Positions 8,302-16,127 of a DNA stretch of 20,000 nucleotides are shown here, piece after piece. Below the pieces are notes generated by a model, which made no database searches, had not been told where the DNA came from, and saw only the letters and a list, made by a program, of their open reading frames with translations. The DNA comes from Emiliania huxleyi CCMP1516 (taxonomy: Eukaryota), in contig NW_005201493.1 of assembly GCF_000372725.1 (NCBI RefSeq), positions 194,304-214,303 of the forward strand. The letters are read 5' to 3'. Positions within the stretch are counted from its first letter, which is position 1; every line of letters begins with the position of its first letter. A program made the translations under genes and the position numbers.

Positions 8302-11300
8302 ATGGTCCGCCTATCGACGCTCCTACTCGCGGCGCTGGCGCTGCCGCAGTCGTCTTTCGCGGCCGATCGCCACTCCGCAGCGCCGCGGCTGACTCGAGGC
8401 CGCAGAGGCAGCGCACCCGAGACTTCGCGCCCGCTGCTGGCGGCGACGACGCCAAAGCCCGTTGGCAGCAGCGTCACCATGACGGTCGTTCAGATTGTCA
8501 ACAACGTCGCGGGCGCCGGCATCCTGACCCTCGCCGCGGGTATGGCTGCGGGCGTCGGGTGGGTGCCGGCGATCGCCATCTGCGTGGCGCTCGGCGCCAT
8601 CTCGGGCTACACCTTCTACCTCATCGGCGCCTCGTGCGAGCTCACCGGCACCTCCAACTTCAAGGGCCTCTGGGGCGCGACTCTTGGCGAGATCTAGCCG
8701 AGATCCAGCCGAGATCTAGCCGAGATTCAGCCGAGATCTGGCGAGATCTGCCGAGATCTAGACGAGATCTAGACGAGATCTAGACGAGATCTAGACGAGA
8801 GATGAGGGAGCTCAGAGCGGCGGCACCTCGCGCTGAATGGTGCGAGATGATGTCGAGGCCTTCTAGCCGAGACTCCGCCCTCGCCAGCGGCGGTCGAGCT
8901 CTCCCAAAGCGCCTCCTCGGAGCCGTCTCGGAACCGTCTCGGAACACTCTCGGAACTGCCTCGGGACTGCCTCGGCGCCTTCTCAGAACCGTTCGCGCCT
9001 TTTCGCAGGCCCGCGCTCCGCGTGGATTGTCGACGGCTGCATCGCCCTGATGTGCCTCTCCGCCGCCATCATCTACTCTGGCATCCTCGGCGACGTCTTC
9101 TCGTCACCGTCGGAGCGTTCTCGGAACCTTCTCGGAACCTTCCCTGTAGGCATCCTCGGCGACGTCTTCTCGTCGCTGCTGCGGCTCGCTGGCGTCGAGA
9201 CCATAGAACACAGCGCGAGAACACAGCACCATAGAACAAGCCCCACAGAACACAGCACGATAGAACGATAGAGCACAGCACGATAGAGCAAGAATGCAGT
9301 GTACTCGAATAGAACACAGCACCACCGCACAGCACATGCACAGCACGGTAGATGCACAGCACGGTAGATGCACAGCACGGTAGATGCATAGCACGGTAGA
9401 TGCACAGCACGGTAGATGTGCAGTGGGCTCGACTAGCACGCGGCATGGCAACGACAGTCCAGCTGCTCCACGACACCATGATCGAGACCCCTACCGCAGC
9501 AAAGCTACCTCATGGCATGCAATCTCACCATAGGTGCCCCCTGCCCTAACCCTGACCCTAACCCTGACCCTAACCCTGACCCTAACCCTAAGCCTCATGG
9601 CATGCAATCTCACCATAGGTTCACCATAGGTGCCCCCTGTGGGTTCCCCCTCCCTGGGGGTAGGGTATCCCCGCTGGCAGCGGAGGGGAACCCTGACGGG
9701 AGATGCAATCTCACAATAGGCGTCCCCGCCTCCGGCTGGCTGCGGCAGGCTGTCATCGTCTCGCTCACCGCCGCCGTCCTCTGCCCGCTCTCGCTGCTCA
9801 AGGACCTCTCCGCCCTCTCCTTCTTACCCTGGCCCTACCCCTGACCCTACCCCTAACCCCTACCTCTAACCCCAACCCTAACCCCTCACCCTAGGACCTC
9901 TCCGCCCTCTCCTTCACCTCCGCCATCGGGTGTGCTGCCGCCACCCTCTGCACACCGCCGCGCTGTGAACGGCGTCTCTTCACAGCGGTGTGGTGGCGTG
10001 CGCAGGTGCGTTGCCATCCTCTACACCGCCGCGTTTGTCGCGGTGCGCGCCCCCTCTCGACGGCGCCTCCTCCTCCTCCCTTCACGGCGCCGAGGTGTGA
10101 AGAGACGCCGTTCACGCCGTAGGTGCGCGCCCTCGACGGCGCCTACACCGCCCCATCGGAGCTCCTCGCGTCGCTTGCGCCGGAGCGCGCGCCGTCGTTC
10201 GCTCTCTCCTCGCTCACGCGCCTCGACAGCAACGCGCTGGTGGGGCCCTCCCTCTCTCCCCCTCCCTCTTCCTCTCCCTCTCTCTCTTTCCATCTCTCTC
10301 TCTCCCTCTCTGTCTCTCCCTCTCCCCACATTTTTACACTCCAGGGTTTACTTTTTTTTGTTCCTCTAAAAATTATGAAAAACTNNNNNNNNNNNNNNNN
10401 NNNNNNNNNNNNNNNNNNNNNNNNNNNNNNNNNNNNNNNNNNNNNNNNNNNNNNNNNNNNNNNNNNNNNNNNNNNNNNNNNNNNNNNNNNNNNNNNNNNN
10501 NNNNNNNNNNNNNNNNNNNNNNNNNNNNNNNNNNNNNNNNNNNNNNNNNNNTCTGAATGCAACGTGAATGTTCCTAGGCACGGTGATGTGTCCCCTCCCT
10601 CTCCCTCTCGCTCTCTCTTCTCTCTCTTCTCTCCCCCCCCCCCCCCTCTTCTCTCTCCCTCCCTCTCTTCACTCTCCCTCCCTCTCTTCTCCCTCCCTCC
10701 AGCCGCGTCTCGAGATGACCCGACGTCCGCCCAGATCAGCCCAGAGGGCTGCACGGCCAGGTCCTCGTCTCCAACCATATCTCCCCACATCTCCCCATAT
10801 CTCCCCACATCTCCCCATATCTCCCCACATCTCCCCATCTCTCCCCACCTCTCCCCATCTCTCCCCATCTCTCCCCACCTCTCCCCATCTCTCCCCATCT
10901 CTCCCCATCTCTCCCCATCTCTCCCCATCTCTCCCCATCTCTCCCCATCTCTCCCCACCTCTCCCCACCTCTCCCCATCTCTCCCCATCTCTCCCCATCT
11001 CTCCAGGTCCTCGTCTCCAACCTCGGCCTCGCCTTCATCGCGCACTACAACGCGCCCGCCTTCTACATGGACCTCGAGGCCCGCTTCAAAACAGTAGTAG
11101 TAGCTGCAGCAGCAGCAGCAGCAGCAGGATCAGCAGCGGCAGCAGGATCAGCAGCAGCGGCAGCAGCAGCAGCAGGATCAGCAGCAGCAGCGCAGTAGTA
11201 ACGGCCTTCGAGTAGTATGGACCTCGAGGCCCGCGATAGGAATAAGAACAACAACAACACACTAATAATAACACCCGTCTTCTATGGACCTGTAGGCCCG

Positions 11301-12927
11301 TTCCCCGGCCAAGTTTGCGCGCGCCGTCGCCATCGCCTTTGGCGTGCTCACCGTCCTCTACACGGCGATGATGGGCTTCGGCTACGCAACGTTTGGCGAC
11401 CACGCCGCCTCGTACCTGCCGCTAGATGCTGTGGGGAGATATGGGGAGAGGTGGGGAGAGATGAGCAGAGCTCCGCAGAGCTGCCGCTAGATGCGGACTC
11501 TCCCCGCGTGTCCCCATATCTCCCCACGTCTCCCCTCTTCTCCCCTCTTCTCCCCCCAAAGCCCCACATCTCCCNNNNNNNNNNNNNNNNNNNNNNNNNN
11601 NNNNNNNNNNNNNNNNNNNNNNNNNNNNNNNNNNNNNNNNNNNNNNNNNNNNNNNNNNNNNNNNNNNNNNNNNNGCCGCTAGATGGCCATATCTCCCCAC
11701 GTCTCCCCTCTTCTCCCCTCTTCTCCCCACATCTCCCCACATCTCCCCGCATCTCCCCATATCTCCCTGCAGGAACCTCCTCCTCAACTACGCCTCCTCG
11801 GACCCTCTCGCCATCGTCGGCCGCCTCGCCACCGGCGCTCTCCCAATATCTCCCCATATCTCCCCATATCTCCCCATATCTCCCCATATCTCCCCATATC
11901 TCATCTCCCCATACCTCCCCATCTCTCTCCACATCGTCGGCCGCCTCGCCACCGCCGCCCCGACCCCCGCCCTCCGCTCCCGCCCTATCTCCCGCCCCAT
12001 CTCCCCGCCGTCTCGACCAATCTCACCCGCAGGCGCCTCGGTCCTGTTGGGCTAATCTCCCGCCCCATCTCCCCCCATCTCCCCGCATCTCCCGCCCCAT
12101 CTCCCCCCGCAGGTGCCTCGATCCTCTTCGGCTACCCCCTCGCTATGGTCGGGCTGCGCTCTGCCCTCGTCGGCATATCCTCCTCCCTGCCGGCCGAGCT
12201 ATGGGGAGATATGGGGAGATATGGGGAGGTTCATTAATCAGGCATGTCCTCCTCCCTGTCGGCCGAGCCCGCGCTGCCCGCCGCCGCGCGGCGCGCCTCG
12301 GTCTCCCCGGCCCGTGCAGTGATGAGTCTCAGTTGACAGCTGGACTACTTAATGACTCCTAGGCGCGCCTTGGCCTCCCCGGCCCACTCGTCCTATACAT
12401 GACTCATTTTACGTGAGGAATGAATCAATCCTAGGCGCGCCTCCGCCTCCCGGCCGACTCCTCCCACTGACTGCCCCTTGCTTAGTTTTGAATGGAGCAC
12501 AGGCGCGCCTTCCGCAGCCTGGCGGCCGACGCGTCGCGCGTGCCGCTGATCGTGGCGCTGCTGGCCGTCATTACTGCGGTGGCGTGCGCCGTCGAGGACA
12601 GCGGCGGGTGCGGCGGCGGGTGCGTCCTTCCGGCGGTCGGTGAAGGGGGGTGCATGCGTGTTAGGACATCGGCGTCGTTGTCGGCGTGTCGGGGGCGCTC
12701 CTCGGCGCCGCCATCGCCCACTGCTACCCGCCCCACACCTCGCCGGCGTCAGACTGCCCCCCGAACCTCCCCTGAACCTTCCTGCAGGCGCCGCCATCGT
12801 CTACTGCTTCCCGCCCCTCATCTACGGGCGCGCGCGCGGCGCGTCGACGCCGCAGGCCGTGTACGGCCTCATCCCGCTCGGCGGCTTTCTGGGTGTGCTT
12901 GGCACCTACGTCACGCTGCGCGGGTGA
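8302..12927 (+). CDS. Amino-acid transporter, AAAP/SLC38 (Aa_trans) family, with probable bipartite plastid presequence; 15 exons
   Basis: Predicted exons: 8302-8686, 9009-9080, 9150-9191, 9720-9802, 9895-9929, 10006-10042, 10123-10239, 11007-11078, 11296-11411, 11773-11834, 12113-12172, 12242-12290, 12503-12596, 12665-12704, 12788-12927. The joined frame gives family motifs [70 protein letters not shown] and IVYCFP. Confidence 0.9.
8689..8985. repeat. Intronic 11-mer tandem repeats (GAGATCTAGCC/GAGATCTAGAC at 8689-8800; CTCGGAACCGT-like at 8916-8985)
   Basis: Directly visible in intron 1 of the transporter. Confidence 0.9.
9338..9418. repeat. 16-mer tandem repeat GCACAGCACGGTAGAT, about 5 copies
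   Basis: Directly visible in intron 3. Confidence 0.9.
9544..9591. repeat. Interstitial telomere-like repeat (CCCTAA/CCCTGA)n
   Basis: Directly visible in intron 3. Confidence 0.9.
9826..9893. repeat. Degenerate telomere-like repeat (CCCTAA-type)
   Basis: Fills most of intron 4. Confidence 0.8.
10385..10551. other. Assembly gap (N run)
   Basis: N run in intron 7. Confidence 1.
10777..11004. repeat. 10-mer tandem repeat (ATCTCCCCAT/CTCTCCCCAC family)
   Basis: Directly visible. The same family recurs at 11430-11570, 11690-11770, 11845-11930, 12200-12228 and 18957-19660. Confidence 0.95.
11093..11200. repeat. Intronic (CAG)n/(TAG)n trinucleotide repeat
   Basis: Directly visible in intron 8. 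Confidence 0.9.
11575..11674. other. Assembly gap (100 N)
   Basis: N run in intron 9. Confidence 1.
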
Positions 12928-13640
12928 GGAGGGGGAGGACCGGGGGAGGAGGGGCAGGCGTGGGCGAGGAGGAGGGGAGAGGCCGGGCGCCGGGCTGGGC
13001 CGCGACAATACGCAGGTCCGCTCGGGGCAATACGCATGATCAATTCGGCGCGGTTGTTGTGTCTCTGAGACTGGCATGCTCGCGCAGTATAACAAGGGCG
13101 TGTGGCCGTGAGTGCGACCGCCAGCGGCGCGCCGCGCAGCGCGCAGAGACTATTGTGTGTTCTGTGTACCCGGGGGCTACCCCGGGGCTCTGGGACAGGA
13201 GTCAGGCTCGGCGCACCTGAAGTGCTGCGAGTATCTAGACACAGTTTTCATTCACGGTATGAAAAAGTGGGTGAGGCCCCGCGAGGCAGCCCGCGCCGCG
13301 GTGCGCGGAGAGCGCGCTGCATCCGTCCTACTGAGTGTACCGCTGGTACCGCTGAGCGCTGGGTCACGGTGTACGGGCTAGAGAGCCAACCCTGTCTATA
13401 CGTCGAGCTAGACGACGTCGACTGTCATGGCATGGATCAGATTCAGAACGTGGTACAGTTCATGTGCGAACATTGGTCGGTGGATGCTAAGATCGCGCGA
13501 ATCGGCGTCGCGAGCGGGTGTGTGTGAGAGTGCCTGCGGGGGCCTGCTATCTCTACCCGTCTCTCTGTAGCATTCCACAGGCACGAGAGCGGAGGAGTGA
13601 ACGAGAGCCTGCGCCGCCGCCGCCGCCTAGCCGCCACCCC

Positions 13641-14174
13641 TCAGTACGGCACCAGGCCCATCGCTCGCTCCACGTCGGCCGGGTCTCGCGGGGTGACGCC
13701 CTCGGTCGTGATCTCCTCGAGGTTGAAGCCAATCATGCTGAGCGGCGTGCTCTTCTTCACCTTGCCGGTGATCTCCAGCGTGCCGCCATTCTCGACCATG
13801 CGCGCCTTCTCGAGCCGCAGGTCGTTCCCGACGTAAAAGTCGACCGCGCTGCCGCCGTTGGGCCGGAGCGTCACGACGTCGCCGTCCACGTCTGTGAAGC
13901 GCACGTCGAGCGGCGAGAGTTTGAGCTCCTGGGCAAACGGGTTTGGGAGCGCGGGCAGCTCGAGCTTGAACTCTGGCCGCTCGGCGCGAGGTGGCGCCAC
14001 GAAGCCTCCGACCGTTGGCGGAGCGGAGGGTGACTGCTCATCCTCGTTGCCGCCAAACGGGTTGGGCAGCTTGGGCATGCTGAACTGCATCCGTGCCGCC
14101 GCACGCGGGACGGTGTGGTGAGAGCCGCCAACGGCAAGGAAGGTGGAGCTGGCAGCGACGACGAGGTGCAGCAT
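13641..14174 (-). CDS. Hypothetical protein, probably plastid-targeted (177 aa)
   Basis: Single-exon ATG-to-TGA ORF with GC3-rich codons. Hydrophobic N-terminus MLHLVVAASSTFLAV is followed by transit-like ...PRAAARM, a duplicated LPNPF motif and a beta-rich C-terminal domain. Confidence 0.8.
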   Translation of the reverse strand: MLHLVVAASSTFLAVGGSHHTVPRAAARMQFSMPKLPNPFGGNEDEQSPSAPPTVGGFVAPPRAERPEFKLELPALPNPFAQELKLSPLDVRFTDVDGDVVTLRPNGGSAVDFYVGNDLRLEKARMVENGGTLEITGKVKKSTPLSMIGFNLEEITTEGVTPRDPADVERAMGLVPY

Positions 14175-14845
14175 GGCAGGGTCCGCGTCGAGGAGGTGCG
14201 GAGCTGTGCAAGAGAGCTGTCACAGGGTCCGCGGCGAGAGCAATTCGGTTTCGGCTTTGAGAAAAGAATTCTACAGCGGCAGCTATGCGGAAGCTTGACA
14301 AACACACGGCGAGGGCGACAGCAAGAGTTGAACGGGCGGCGCCGGACTCAAAAGACACCGCCACATTCCTGAGACGAGCGAGGGCAGCCTCCTTAAAGGC
14401 GAAAGGGTCTAGATTTGGAGCGCTCGCCGAAGAGGAGTGTGGAGCCGATCAACACGGCTTGCCCTGGCTGCCGAGGCTTCGTGTCGAAGTCGAAGTCGCG
14501 GATGCTGCGCTAGGGTGGCCGACCTTTGCACATTAATATCGCCTGTGGCGTGTGGGCCTGACCAAGTGCGCAGCGTGGCCCAAGTTCGTTCAGGCTGCAG
14601 CCTTTTCGCTTTTGTGGGCGGTTTGGCCGGTTTCCGGAGGCACACTTTTTCTGCTCATAGAAACACAAAAAGGGCGACCCTTTCGACCGCTCTCCGCTGC
14701 ACAAATTTATGGATCGAACAGATAACCGCAGACAGTAGACACTTTATGCACACCACAGCCACACACGCGCAATCCCCGTAAGTAGTGCTATCATTATCTC
14801 AATGAGGCATCTATACGAGACGCAGCTACGACGCTCCGAAAGGGA

Positions 14846-15373
14846 TCAGCTGGAGAGTGGCGGCGCGTCAAAGAGCGCGCTGCCCATCGCACGCAGACAG
14901 TAGACACATGGTGTACAAACATGCGTGAGACGAGACTCTCGATGCCGAGTCCGCACAGGCCAGCGTCTCTCGCCGTCTCTCGCGTCGGACGCCGCGTTCA
15001 GGCGAAGACGTTCCGGCCGAGGCTGTCTTTGGTCATGCGGAACGGCGCGCCCACAACCGCTCGCGGACGCCTTGTGCGCCCGCGTCTTGCCGAGCGCGTG
15101 CTTGCCCAGCTTGCGTTCGCGGTAGAAGAAATATGCGGCCGCGAAGTATGTGCCGTTCTGCGTCGCCGACCACGGGTCCTTGTACTTGCCGTGCATGAAC
15201 TTTCCCCACGAGTTCGCGTTGACGCCGATCATCTTCTGGAACTCGCCGATTTTGATGTCGGTCGACTCAAGGAGCTTGTTGATCATCGCACGGAGACGGC
15301 CTGGCGTCACGGTGGTGCCCTCGTCCTGGAAGTCGTCGAAGTAGTCGTGGTCGTCCGGGCGAGACAATGCCAT
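14846..15373 (-). CDS. Small protein with a DUF7726-like (HTH-like) domain
   Basis: TPGRLRAMINKLLESTDIKIGEFQKMIGVNANSWGKFM...NGTYFAAAYFFYRERKLG resembles DUF7726 as recalled from memory. The first ~105 codons look clearly coding; the C-terminal ~70 do not. Confidence 0.65.
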   Translation of the reverse strand: MALSRPDDHDYFDDFQDEGTTVTPGRLRAMINKLLESTDIKIGEFQKMIGVNANSWGKFMHGKYKDPWSATQNGTYFAAAYFFYRERKLGKHALGKTRAHKASASGCGRAVPHDQRQPRPERLRLNAASDARDGERRWPVRTRHRESRLTHVCTPCVYCLRAMGSALFDAPPLSS

Positions 15374-15671
15374 CGAAACCTTGATGGATGGTGAGAGCTA
15401 GGGTTCCCCTACCCCTGTGGATCACCATACCATACCCCGGAAAAAGTTGGATCCCTACCCCTACACCAACATTCGCACAGTTGGATCCTACATCCTAGGC
15501 TGGATGTGGAGATCCACAGACGAGCCACGCTGTCCCGTCTCCTTTCGCGCTCCTCCGTCGTTCACGTTGATCGTTGTTTCGGAGCAAGGCGCCCGAGCGA
15601 ACGACAGGCGGCACGCGAAGACTGATTGCAATCCCGCCGACCGCCAGGCCGCGGGATGATGCGTGCGCGCG

Positions 15672-15860
15672 TCCACACCCGACTGTGCGAAATACCCGAA
15701 TCCTACTGTGTTGATATATGTGTCGATATGTTCAATTCCTCTACATCGGTACGCTCCGCCCTCCGGCTCGGACGCTCGCGGCCCGACTCCCGCCGCTCGG
15801 CGGCTGCGCGCCTGCCCGTTGCCGGATGTGTCGTGTGTCACATGCGTGTGCAGCAGCAGC

Positions 15861-15892
<32 letters not shown>

Positions 15893-16127
15893 CAGCAGCA
15901 GCAGCAGCAGGAGGGCGGCGGCGGAGAGGGCGAAATGAAAATGCAAATGCCAATTAATGCATGGTAAATGCAATGCCAATGCCAACAATCTCCATTCCAC
16001 CTCCCACCCACCCACCCCACCACCCCGACGGCGGCGGCAATCAGCGCAGCGCGGTGTAGGCCTTCACCGCCTCGACAGCAGCAGAGCAGCGCATCCACAC
16101 CCGACTGTGCGAAATACCCGAATCCTA
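15672..16127 (+). repeat. 34 bp perfect direct repeat TCCACACCCGACTGTGCGAAATACCCGAATCCTA at 15672-15705 and 16094-16127
   Basis: Two exact copies with a 422 bp period; a (CAG)n tract at 15850-15910 lies between them. Confidence 0.95.

Noticed and set aside
10123..12362. Long ORFs with SPHLSP/GEMGRD repeats
   Set aside because: Translations of intronic 10-mer satellites and N gaps.
13102..13527. 141 aa ORF between the transporter and the plastid protein
   Set aside because: No ATG start, no recognisable motif and weak codon bias.
14511..14685. Possible terminal inverted repeats (TAGGGTGGCC... / ...GGCGACCCT)
   Set aside because: Match too weak and no target-site duplication seen.
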